A stretch of 62,450 nucleotides of DNA, taken from the IMG/VR virus record IMGVR_UViG_3300049012_000046, positions 1 through 62,450 of that record; one strand, 5' to 3'. Under the pieces are notes generated by a model. The model was not told the DNA's origin and ran no database searches. It saw nothing but the letters and a program-made list of their open reading frames with translations. Position numbers and translations under genes: made by a program. Below, piece by piece: positions 29,041 to 37,385 of the stretch. This stretch comes from a virus. Lineage: Duplodnaviria; Caudoviricetes. How positions within the stretch are numbered: the stretch's first letter is position 1; each line of letters opens with the position of its first letter.

Positions 29041-31998
29041 ATGTACAACTACACGCAGATGGTGGGAGGCGAGGAGACGTGGCAAGCAGTGCCTGTGGCA
29101 ATGCTGCCGAGCGTCCTTGCCAAGAAACCGCGGTTCACCACGGTTCTGTCGGTGTCGCAACTGGTCGAGGTGCTCGCCAATGAAGATCGTGACAAGCTGA
29201 AGTACCAGGGCCCGTTCTATCTGGACTGGGACGGGGACCTGGACTTGACGACGGAGAAGTGCGCGACGCTGCTGGCATCGCTGCAGGACAAGGGGCTGAA
29301 CCTGCAGGCCTGCCGCCTGTACGCCACCGGCGGGCGCGGCTACCACTGCGAGATCCCGCTCGAGTGCTTCATGCCGAAGGTGCCCAAGGGCGGCATCGCG
29401 CACCTGCCGGTGATCTTCAAGTACATGGCGCTGGACATCGCGGTCGACACGCTGGACCTGCGGGTCTATTCCGGCGGCCGCGGCCGGATGTGGCGCACGC
29501 CGAACGTCGAGCGAGAGAACGGCCGCTTCAAGGTGCCGATCCACTATCACGAGCTGCTCGAGATGACACCCGAGCGCTACGTTGAAATCACCTCCAAGCC
29601 GCGCGAGCTGTGGCCGCTGGACCCGCCGACGCAAGCGGTGGGCCTGACCTTGATCTACGACAAGGCGGTGCAGGAAGTCTCGGCCAAGCTGGCCAAGCGC
29701 AAGAAGAAGGGCAACGAGGCGGGCATCCTCAAGGGCCGCTCGCTGCCGTCGCTGCAGGCGATGATGGAAGGCCGCGGCATCAAGGGCGACACGGGCTTCC
29801 ACCAGCTGTCTATGCAGCTGGGCATCATCGCCGACGGCCTGGGCTGGGACGAAGACCGCCTGGCGCAGGAGTGCGAGGGCCTGATCCAGAGCCACAGCGG
29901 CGACGGCACCCGCTACAACACGCCGGAGAAGCGCCGCTTCGAGCTGGTCCGCATGCACCGGTTCATGGCCGACAACCCGTGCTACGAGTTCTCGGTCGGC
30001 GCGGTCAAGGTGCTGCTGACGCACGACGCTCCCGATCTCGACGGCGTCCCGGCCTCGCGCGAGCAGATCGACGAGGACATCGAGAAGGCGGCCACTCGCG
30101 TCATCAATCCCGACGGCGAAGCGCTTGCCAAAGAGATCCTCGGCGAGTACGAGGATGTCGGCATCACGGTCGAGCTGACCAAGTACGGCGTCTACGTCGA
30201 CACCGAGCACGGCAAGAAGCGCATCTGCGCGATGTCGTTCGACAACATCCACATCCTGCGCGACGTGGGAACGAACCAGGTGTCGTGCTACGAGGCGGAC
30301 ATCCTGATCAACGGCCGCTTCGTCGGGCGGCAGACCATCGAGCTCGACATCTTTTCCGGCTTGCAGGCATTCAACCGCTTCTGCAGTCGCCACGCTCATG
30401 CGCTGCAGGGGCAGGACCATCACGTGAGGGGGCTGATGATGAGCATCGCCAAGAAGGGGGCCGAAGAGGGCAAGGTCATGTACGTCGCCAAGCGCGAGGG
30501 CCTGGATGTCATCAACATCCCCGGGCACGAGAACGAGCAGCTGCGCGAGCCGTTCATGGTCTGGTCCGACAGCCGCGGCGTGCTGATGCAGCCGCGGGCC
30601 CGCGAGACCGGTGTGCAGATGTCATTCCAGGGCTTCCCCGATCCGCGCGGCAACTACCGCACCGATATCGCCGACGCGCCGCGGCTGGTCGAGTGGATCC
30701 AGGACGAGGCCAACCAGGAGACGCTCAAGACCGCGCTGCACAGCTTCTTCACCTGCCAGCGCCCCGACGTCATCGGCAACATGGTCGGGTGGAACACGGC
30801 GTGCTTCTACCGGATGCTGTTCCACAAGGCGTTCGACAAGTTCCCGCTCATGCACGTCAACGGCGCGGCCGGCGCCGGCAAGACGGAGATGAACCTGAAG
30901 ATGCTCTCCCTGAACTACTTCAGGCAGGAGCCCAAGCAGCTGACGCCCGAGTCCACCCTCTTCGCGATCCAGCAGCACCTTGCCTCGTCGGCCAGCATCC
31001 CGCTGATGATCGACGAGTACAAGCCGCACGAGATGGGCTACGAGCTGCACAACAAGCTGAAGCTGCTGTTCCGTGACGCCTACAACAACCGCGAGGTGAT
31101 GCGAGGCGGAGGCACTCGGGAGAGTGACGACTACCGCATGCTGCACTCCACGCAGCTGTCCGCGCCGATCCTGTTCATCGGCGAGGTGATGGAAGAAGAG
31201 CCTGCGGTGATGGAGCGCGTGGTGCTGGTCACCGTGGTGCGCCCGCCCTCCGCGGTGGCCATGAAGTGGTCGGCCCGCTTCAACGTGTTCAAGCGCAGCT
31301 GCCACGTGATGGCCATCCTGGGCCAGTACCTGGCCGCCTCGATCGTCAACGACTACTCGGTCAAGCAGCTGATCGACGAGTTCTCGCCGATGTACGACGC
31401 GGCCAAGGACAAGTACCTGCTGACCGAGGCCGACATGACGGCCGGCTTGCCGGAAGAGGTGCTGCGGGCCAAGCAGGGTGCGAAGGAGCGCACGGTCTAC
31501 AACTTCACGGTCTCCAAGTTCGGCTTGCTCAAGATGAAGGCCTTGCTTGCCGAGATCTTCGGCCCCGAGGAGTTCGCCGAAGAGTTCGCCGCGATGGAAG
31601 ACGCGATCTACTCTCGCATGGCGGATCTGCTGCCGGCCACCCAGGCCGAGTATCTGCGTGTGCTCAACACCATGGCGCACATGAGCTACGGCGATCGCGA
31701 GCACGACTCGATGTCGGTCCTGCAGAAGGGACGCGACTACGAGTTCCTGTCCTTCGGCGGCAAGGATGCGATCGAGTTCTCGATGCGCACGGCCTACGGC
31801 CGCTACCGCATCCACCAGAAGAACGTCGGCTACAAGCCGCTCTTCTCTGGCGACATGGCGTTCCTGCACGCCATGAAGGACTCTCCAGCACTGCTTGCCC
31901 ATGGGCCAGGCCAAGTGCTGGAAGTCGCCGGCGGCTCGTACATCTTTGATCTAGACGAATTGAGAAAACTTGGCGTTGATGAGTTCAAGTCTTCTTGA
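29041..31998 (+). CDS. AEP-type primase fused to P-loop helicase
   Basis: FYLDWD, YATGGRGYH and RMWRTPN AEP motifs; C-terminal GAAGAGKT Walker A and LMIDEYK Walker B. Confidence 0.85.
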   Translation: MYNYTQMVGGEETWQAVPVAMLPSVLAKKPRFTTVLSVSQLVEVLANEDRDKLKYQGPFYLDWDGDLDLTTEKCATLLASLQDKGLNLQACRLYATGGRGYHCEIPLECFMPKVPKGGIAHLPVIFKYMALDIAVDTLDLRVYSGGRGRMWRTPNVERENGRFKVPIHYHELLEMTPERYVEITSKPRELWPLDPPTQAVGLTLIYDKAVQEVSAKLAKRKKKGNEAGILKGRSLPSLQAMMEGRGIKGDTGFHQLSMQLGIIADGLGWDEDRLAQECEGLIQSHSGDGTRYNTPEKRRFELVRMHRFMADNPCYEFSVGAVKVLLTHDAPDLDGVPASREQIDEDIEKAATRVINPDGEALAKEILGEYEDVGITVELTKYGVYVDTEHGKKRICAMSFDNIHILRDVGTNQVSCYEADILINGRFVGRQTIELDIFSGLQAFNRFCSRHAHALQGQDHHVRGLMMSIAKKGAEEGKVMYVAKREGLDVINIPGHENEQLREPFMVWSDSRGVLMQPRARETGVQMSFQGFPDPRGNYRTDIADAPRLVEWIQDEANQETLKTALHSFFTCQRPDVIGNMVGWNTACFYRMLFHKAFDKFPLMHVNGAAGAGKTEMNLKMLSLNYFRQEPKQLTPESTLFAIQQHLASSASIPLMIDEYKPHEMGYELHNKLKLLFRDAYNNREVMRGGGTRESDDYRMLHSTQLSAPILFIGEVMEEEPAVMERVVLVTVVRPPSAVAMKWSARFNVFKRSCHVMAILGQYLAASIVNDYSVKQLIDEFSPMYDAAKDKYLLTEADMTAGLPEEVLRAKQGAKERTVYNFTVSKFGLLKMKALLAEIFGPEEFAEEFAAMEDAIYSRMADLLPATQAEYLRVLNTMAHMSYGDREHDSMSVLQKGRDYEFLSFGGKDAIEFSMRTAYGRYRIHQKNVGYKPLFSGDMAFLHAMKDSPALLAHGPGQVLEVAGGSYIFDLDELRKLGVDEFKSS

Positions 31999-32023
31999 CG
32001 AATTTACCAAGTTTGTCTACGAT
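31995..32023 (+). promoter_or_regulatory. Putative sigma70 promoter
   Basis: TTGACG-17 nt-TACGAT in an AT-rich gap upstream of 32109. Confidence 0.65.
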
Positions 32024-32108
32024 CATCGTTAGATAACAGAATTGCGGTAGCCCGCACGACAGGCCGGAAAGAACGGCCACAACAACGTGAACTTGACTGG
32101 AAACAAAA

Positions 32109-32957
32109 ATGCCTTTGATTCGAAAGAACCCTGCTGCCAAATTCGAAGAGCCGGCTGCCGGCGCCGCGGTGCAAGAAGCGGAGAAGCCGGAGACTCCGGC
32201 GGCCGCCCCCGCCCCCGCTGCTGCACCGGCCGCCCCTGCTGCCGCCCCGGCGGCAGCGCCCGCCGAGACCAAGACGGTCACCTCGACCGGCCAAGGTCGC
32301 CCGGCTGCGGGGCACCCGAACTACCAGGCGCCGCAAAGCGCCCTGGTGCGTCAGCAGGTCAACGCCGGCGCCCTGGCCGTGCAGCAGCCCAAGGTCGACC
32401 CGGTGCTGCAGGAGCTGAAGGACGCGATGCCGGTGGAATGGGACACGTTCCCGCGGCTGAAGGCGGGTCCGGGTTGCATCATCGACGCCGATGGCAAGTC
32501 GCTGGGAAGCGAAATCGAGATGCAGGTGGTGTCGTGGCAGGACGGCTGGGACGTGTCGCCCGGTGAGGACAGCGAGCGCGCCAAGCAGCACGTGGGCTAC
32601 TCCGACGACGGCGTCCACATGAAGGACACCGGCATGACGGTGGCCGACTACCTGGTGGAGTTGCGTTCGCTGGGCTTCAAGGACGCGAAGACCATCCAGA
32701 AGGCCACGGTCGTCGGCATCCTGATCGCTTCGGAGAAGGACTCGACCCACCTGGGCAACACGGTGCAGCTGTCGCTGTCGAACCAGGCGCGCAAGACCTT
32801 CGAGCGCTACCGCTTCGACCGCACGATCAAGGCGCAGATGGGCAAGCAGTCGCCTGTCGGTGCCGAGTTCATCAACGTCAAGGCCCACCTCAAGAAGACC
32901 AGCGGCAACAAGGACTGGACCCTGCTGGACGTCACCGGCGCCGCCGTGCCGGCCTGA
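32109..32957 (+). CDS. Putative ssDNA-binding / replication accessory protein
   Basis: Ala/Pro-rich N-terminal tail plus beta-rich domain; own promoter and terminators; follows the primase (function inferred from context). Confidence 0.5.
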   Translation: MPLIRKNPAAKFEEPAAGAAVQEAEKPETPAAAPAPAAAPAAPAAAPAAAPAETKTVTSTGQGRPAAGHPNYQAPQSALVRQQVNAGALAVQQPKVDPVLQELKDAMPVEWDTFPRLKAGPGCIIDADGKSLGSEIEMQVVSWQDGWDVSPGEDSERAKQHVGYSDDGVHMKDTGMTVADYLVELRSLGFKDAKTIQKATVVGILIASEKDSTHLGNTVQLSLSNQARKTFERYRFDRTIKAQMGKQSPVGAEFINVKAHLKKTSGNKDWTLLDVTGAAVPA

Positions 32958-32973
32958 TTCCCGACGAGAGCGG

Positions 32974-33036
32974 CCCCCTGCGAACCGGAAGTCCAGGGGG
33001 TTTTGGCCCGGTCGTCGAAAGGCGACCGGGCTTTTT
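32974..33036 (+). terminator. Tandem intrinsic terminators
   Basis: CCCCCTG...CAGGGGG-TTTT then GCCCGGTCGTC-GAAA-GGCGACCGGGC-TTTTT. Confidence 0.85.
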
Positions 33037-33053
33037 CAAACCAAGGAGAGAAG

Positions 33054-33416
33054 ATGACCCGACAACTCACGGGGCACATCGTGAACCCGGCCAACGACCA
33101 GATCGTGATCGAGGTGCTGGACGAACCTGGCCACGGCGGCGCCTGCCATGAGTACAGCGTGTCGTTCCCTGGCGCCATGGGGAACATCGACATCTGCTTC
33201 CAGAACGGCCCCATCGCCGAAGCTGGTGTCAACGGCCTGACGCACGAAGTGCTGCTGGCCATCCTCGAGGACCGCCTGAAAGGCTTCCAGGCCGGTCCCT
33301 ATGCGTGCGAAGAGAACCGCCTGGCTCTCGAGTACATCCGGGCTGCCCAAGAGCAGCTGCAAAGCCGGACGAAGGCGCGCATGGCGCGCGGCGTCGAAGG
33401 CACTCATCAACCCTGA
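33054..33416 (+). CDS. tad1: Tad1-family anti-defence nucleotide sponge (anti-Thoeris/CBASS)
   Basis: GHGGACHEY...FQNGP...GV....LL.IL.DRLKGFQAGPYACEENRLAL...RT..R.ARGVEGT parallels Tad1 ([41 protein letters not shown]). Confidence 0.85.
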   Translation: MTRQLTGHIVNPANDQIVIEVLDEPGHGGACHEYSVSFPGAMGNIDICFQNGPIAEAGVNGLTHEVLLAILEDRLKGFQAGPYACEENRLALEYIRAAQEQLQSRTKARMARGVEGTHQP

Positions 33417-33430
33417 AAGGAACCACAACC

Positions 33431-33619
33431 ATGGCAACCAAGAACCCGTTCAAGATCAACAGGACCGTCCGCTTCACCCGCCGCAACGGCGTCGTCGCCA
33501 CCGGCCGCATCAGCGCCCAGGACCACTCCAACGGACCTTGGGTCCTGGTCAACACCGCCGAGAAGGGCAAGGCGCCGAAGATCACCAAGGTCCGCCCGTC
33601 GCAGCTGCAGTTCGTCTGA
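33431..33619 (+). CDS. Small basic SH3/KOW-like protein
   Basis: FKINRTVRF...TGRI...WVLV...KVRPSQL beta pattern; RBS GAAAGG. Confidence 0.6.
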   Translation: MATKNPFKINRTVRFTRRNGVVATGRISAQDHSNGPWVLVNTAEKGKAPKITKVRPSQLQFV

Positions 33620-33621
33620 CC

Positions 33622-33747
33622 ATGGCTCTGCGCTACCAGATCGTCTGCCGCGCCTGCGGCAAAGCCAAGAGCGTGCTGGGCGGCTCCGGTGGCGCAATCC
33701 CCACCACCTGCGCAACCTGCCGCAACGCGAGCAAGAAGGCGAAATGA
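33622..33747 (+). CDS. Small zinc-finger protein
   Basis: CRAC and CATC pairs; ATGA-coupled to the next gene. Confidence 0.55.
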   Translation: MALRYQIVCRACGKAKSVLGGSGGAIPTTCATCRNASKKAK

Positions 33748-34418
33748 ACTACTGGATCTGCGACACCGAGACCACCGGTCTGTACAACGCCGGCGCCGTT
33801 GAGATGGCGTTGATCCAGATCGACGAACAGCTCAACATCCTGCGGCAGTACGAATCGCTCACCAACCCCGGCATCCCGATCGAGCCGGGCGCCACGGAGA
33901 TCCACGGCATCACCGACGCGGACATCGCCGAGGCGCCGTCGCCCGAGCAGTTCGTGCAGGAGATGATCGACGACGGCGCGGACTTCAGCGACGTGTGCTT
34001 CATCGCGCACAACAGCAAGTTCGACCTGAAGTTCTACCGCCCGTTCCTGGGCGTCAGGGTCGACATGTGCACCCTTGCCATGGCGCGTCGCTCGATCCGC
34101 GGCAGTCCCAACTACAAGCTGGTCACGCTGGTCGAGTTCCTCGGCTTGCCACAGCGCCAGGCGCACTCAGCGATGGGTGACTGCCTGAGCGTTCACGACC
34201 TTCTGTGCCGCCTTGTCGCTGACAGCGGCCGTCCCTTCACCACTTATGTGGGCCTGGCTCAGAAGCCTCAGATGGTTCACATCATGTCGTTCGGCAAATA
34301 CCAAGGCCGCTCGATCATGTCCATTCCGCGCAGCTATCGCCAGTACATGCTCAACAACTTCGAGCTGGACAACGACATGCGCTACACCCTCGAAACCCTC
34401 GCGAAGACAGGAGTCTGA
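33744..34418 (+). CDS. DEDDh 3'-5' exonuclease (exonuclease X-like)
   Basis: DTETTG, HGIT, AHNSKFD, HSAMGD motifs; C-terminal MSFGKYQG domain. Confidence 0.92.
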   Translation: MNYWICDTETTGLYNAGAVEMALIQIDEQLNILRQYESLTNPGIPIEPGATEIHGITDADIAEAPSPEQFVQEMIDDGADFSDVCFIAHNSKFDLKFYRPFLGVRVDMCTLAMARRSIRGSPNYKLVTLVEFLGLPQRQAHSAMGDCLSVHDLLCRLVADSGRPFTTYVGLAQKPQMVHIMSFGKYQGRSIMSIPRSYRQYMLNNFELDNDMRYTLETLAKTGV

Positions 34419-34419
34419 A

Positions 34420-34992
34420 ATGAACTTCCAACAATACGTGCAGACCGTGCGCCTGCGCTGCAAGCAGTTGGATCACAAGGATCAGATCGATCACGCCAAG
34501 ATCGGCATGATCACCGAGCTGGGCGAGCTGGGCGATCTGCTCAAGCGCGCCTTCGTCTACGGCAAGGAGTTCGACCCGGTCAACCTGCTCGAAGAAGTCG
34601 GCGACTTTCTGTGGTACTTCGTGCTGTACCTCGACGAGATCCGGATGCACGCCGCCGAGATCGACGCTGCAGCGGCAAGGGCGCAAGTGGCGGTGTCGAA
34701 CGACGGTGGGCGCGACAGCGAGATCTCCTACTGCTTCGCGCTGTCGCTCTTCGTTGGCAATGTGGCGTCGCACGGAGAGCTCCCGCAAGAAGCGCATGGC
34801 ATGGCGGCCGAAGGCGTGCTGATGATCTGCCTGGGGCTGCTGCGCAAGCACGGCTTCACGCTGGAGCAGTGCCTGGACACCAACGACGCCAAGCTCGAGA
34901 AGCGCACCGGCAAGGCGTTCAACGCTGCGGCGATCCTGGATCGCGACGTGGCCGCCGAGCGCGCGATTCTGGAGGGAGGCGCGAATGGGTGA
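34420..34992 (+). CDS. MazG-like NTP pyrophosphohydrolase
   Basis: [11 protein letters not shown]...EEVGDFLWY (ExxE...ExxD); N.AKL..R tail. Confidence 0.85.
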   Translation: MNFQQYVQTVRLRCKQLDHKDQIDHAKIGMITELGELGDLLKRAFVYGKEFDPVNLLEEVGDFLWYFVLYLDEIRMHAAEIDAAAARAQVAVSNDGGRDSEISYCFALSLFVGNVASHGELPQEAHGMAAEGVLMICLGLLRKHGFTLEQCLDTNDAKLEKRTGKAFNAAAILDRDVAAERAILEGGANG

Positions 34993-35809
34993 GTACGAGA
35001 GCTACCTCGACCACATCATGCAGCACGGGGTCGACAAGGGAGACCGCACCGGCACCGGCACGCGCAGCGTGTTCGGCTACCAGATGCGCTTCGACCTGTC
35101 GAAGGGCTTCCCGCTGATCACCACCAAGCACGTGTCATTCAAGACGATCGCGCTGGAGCTGCTGTGGTTCCTCAAGGGCATGACCAACGTGCGCTGGTTG
35201 CAGGAGCGCGGCGTGACCATCTGGGACGAGTGGGCCGACGAGAACGGTGATCTGGGGCCCGTGTACGGCTCGCAGTGGCGCAGCTGGCCGGTGCTCCACG
35301 AGAACGAGCCGCCCTCCACCGGCTGGTGGCGCGACAGCATCGACCAGCTTGCCGACGTCATCTACACGATCAAGACGAACCCCAACAGCCGGCGCATGCT
35401 GGTCACGGCCTGGAACCCGGCCGAGGTGGCGCTGCAGGCCCTGCCCCCTTGCCACTGCCTGTTCCAGTTCTACGTGGCCGACGGCAAGCTGAGCTGCCAG
35501 CTGTACCAGCGCAGCTGCGACTCGTTCCTGGGCGTGCCGTACAACATCGCGAGCTACGCGCTGCTGACGCACCTCATCGCCAAGATGTGCAACCTGGAGG
35601 CGGGCGACTTCATCTGGACCGGCGGCGACTGCCACATCTACTCGAACCACTTCAAGCAGGTGGTGGAGCAGCTCGGCCGCACGATGCGGCCTTTCCCTCG
35701 GCTGCTGGTGCACAGCGCACCGGAGAAGATCGAGGACTATGGCCTGAGCAACTTCGAGATCGTCGGCTACAACCCGCACCCGGCGATCAAGGCACCGGTG
35801 GCTGTCTGA
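34985..35809 (+). CDS. thyA: Thymidylate synthase
   Basis: [47 protein letters not shown]. Confidence 0.98.
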   Translation: MGEYESYLDHIMQHGVDKGDRTGTGTRSVFGYQMRFDLSKGFPLITTKHVSFKTIALELLWFLKGMTNVRWLQERGVTIWDEWADENGDLGPVYGSQWRSWPVLHENEPPSTGWWRDSIDQLADVIYTIKTNPNSRRMLVTAWNPAEVALQALPPCHCLFQFYVADGKLSCQLYQRSCDSFLGVPYNIASYALLTHLIAKMCNLEAGDFIWTGGDCHIYSNHFKQVVEQLGRTMRPFPRLLVHSAPEKIEDYGLSNFEIVGYNPHPAIKAPVAV

Positions 35810-36846
35810 TGGCCACACGCCGAGACCTACCACTGGCCAAGGCGGTGGCCCGGGCGTTCAACCGCCTGGGCTTCTCGTCTCAGGACCTGCTGACCGGGCA
35901 GATCGTGCACACGACCTTGCCCTGGCAGAACCCACCGCTGATGTGCGATGCCACGCTAGACGGCCTACCACTGACGGACTACCTGAACTACAGCCTGCCG
36001 ATCGACATCGACAGGCTGTATGACTTCTGGCTGCAGGGATTGCAGGATCTGGGCGAGCAGCCGACCAAGGCGATCGGGCCTGGCGGCTGGCGCGGCACGT
36101 CCGCGGCGCTGCCCAACGTGTCCGCCGGCGAGCGCCTGCTGCGCCTGTCGATCCCCGAGGGCTTTCCCGAAGACGTCGAGCCCTTCGCCGGGCAGACGTT
36201 CTCGATGGAGATCGCCCAGATCGTCTACCTGTCCTGGGACCAGGTGGAAGAGCTGGTCAGCAACGACCACAGCTACTACGTGAGGCTGAAGGACGGGCGC
36301 GCGATCGGCGTGGCCAACGGCGTGCCGATCGCACCCTCGACCTGGAACGTGCCGCTGGACAGCGTGCAGCTGCACCTGCAGCGCGGCCGCGGCCGCACCG
36401 TGACGACTTGCCGGTATGACCTGCTGGCCAAGGTGCGCTCCGTGCTGTACGAGAGCGCCGCGCGCTTTGACGAGTTCGACGGCCTCGACTGGGCGCTGCA
36501 GGCGCTGCAGCGCATGTGCGGCGACCAGCTGTGCGCCGCGCTGCAGCACGCCATCGAGGGCATGTCCTACGACGCCGCCGAGGCGCGGCGCAAGCTGAAG
36601 GCAGTCAGCGAGGCGCTGGCCTTGATGGAGTCGTGGCATGTGCACGACCGCGTCAAGATCACCTCGATGTTCGAAATGCTCGTGCCGCGTGTGCTGAAAG
36701 CCTCGCAGTTCCAACGCAGCATCTTCAACATGTACCAGACAATTCCGGCGGTGCTGACGCCGGCGACCGAGAAGAAGATCACCACCTTCCTACGCAACCT
36801 CAAACAACGACTGGAGCGGGAATGCAAACCTATCGACCGTACCTGA
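35809..36846 (+). CDS. Hypothetical protein (345 aa)
   Basis: TGATG-coupled to thyA; no motif recognised. Confidence 0.75.
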   Translation: MATRRDLPLAKAVARAFNRLGFSSQDLLTGQIVHTTLPWQNPPLMCDATLDGLPLTDYLNYSLPIDIDRLYDFWLQGLQDLGEQPTKAIGPGGWRGTSAALPNVSAGERLLRLSIPEGFPEDVEPFAGQTFSMEIAQIVYLSWDQVEELVSNDHSYYVRLKDGRAIGVANGVPIAPSTWNVPLDSVQLHLQRGRGRTVTTCRYDLLAKVRSVLYESAARFDEFDGLDWALQALQRMCGDQLCAALQHAIEGMSYDAAEARRKLKAVSEALALMESWHVHDRVKITSMFEMLVPRVLKASQFQRSIFNMYQTIPAVLTPATEKKITTFLRNLKQRLERECKPIDRT

Positions 36847-37385
36847 TTGGCCTGGCCGGCAAGGCAGGTGTCGGCAAGGACACCGTGGCGCACATGCTGG
36901 AGGCACCGCGGTACCACTACGCTTTTGCCAGGCCGCTGAAGGCGATGCTGACCACGATCGGCATCTACGAGCCGATACGCGAGAAGAAGGAGGCCGTGCT
37001 GCCGCGCTTCGGCTTCTCCTACCGGCAAGCAGCGCAGACGCTGGGCACCGAATGGGGCCGCGCACTGCACCCCGAGCTGTGGCTGCTGCTTGCCCAGATC
37101 GAGTGGGAAGAGCGCGCCAAGGCCTACCACTCCTTCATGATCATCACCGACGTGCGCTTCGAGAACGAGGCGCAGTGGGTGCGCGAGAACGGCACGGTCG
37201 TGCACATCGTCGGGCGAGAGACGACGGTGCAAGGTGCGGCAGCCGGGCATGCAAGCGAGGCAGGCTTGGCGGTGTGGCCGCACGACGACTACATCCTGCA
37301 CAACGACAGCACGATGGAAGTTCTGCGGGCACGGGTGGAAGAGCTTGGCGAGTGGATTCGTCAGCGCAAGGAGGCGCGTAAGTGA
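36822..37385 (+). CDS. Deoxynucleoside monophosphate kinase
   Basis: IGLAGKAGVGKDT, FARPLK, QTLGTEWGR, ITDVRFENE, HASE motifs. Confidence 0.93.
   Translation: MQTYRPYLIGLAGKAGVGKDTVAHMLEAPRYHYAFARPLKAMLTTIGIYEPIREKKEAVLPRFGFSYRQAAQTLGTEWGRALHPELWLLLAQIEWEERAKAYHSFMIITDVRFENEAQWVRENGTVVHIVGRETTVQGAAAGHASEAGLAVWPHDDYILHNDSTMEVLRARVEELGEWIRQRKEARK

Noticed and set aside
32190-32270. GCC/CCG-rich repeat-like tract
   Set aside because: Low-complexity coding for an Ala/Pro linker, not a discrete DNA repeat
34985-35809. ThyA as a dCMP/dUMP hydroxymethylase indicating modified DNA
   Set aside because: Sequence is canonical bacterial-type ThyA including the dUMP-specifying Asn (PYNIASY); no glycosyltransferase or other modification genes were recognised
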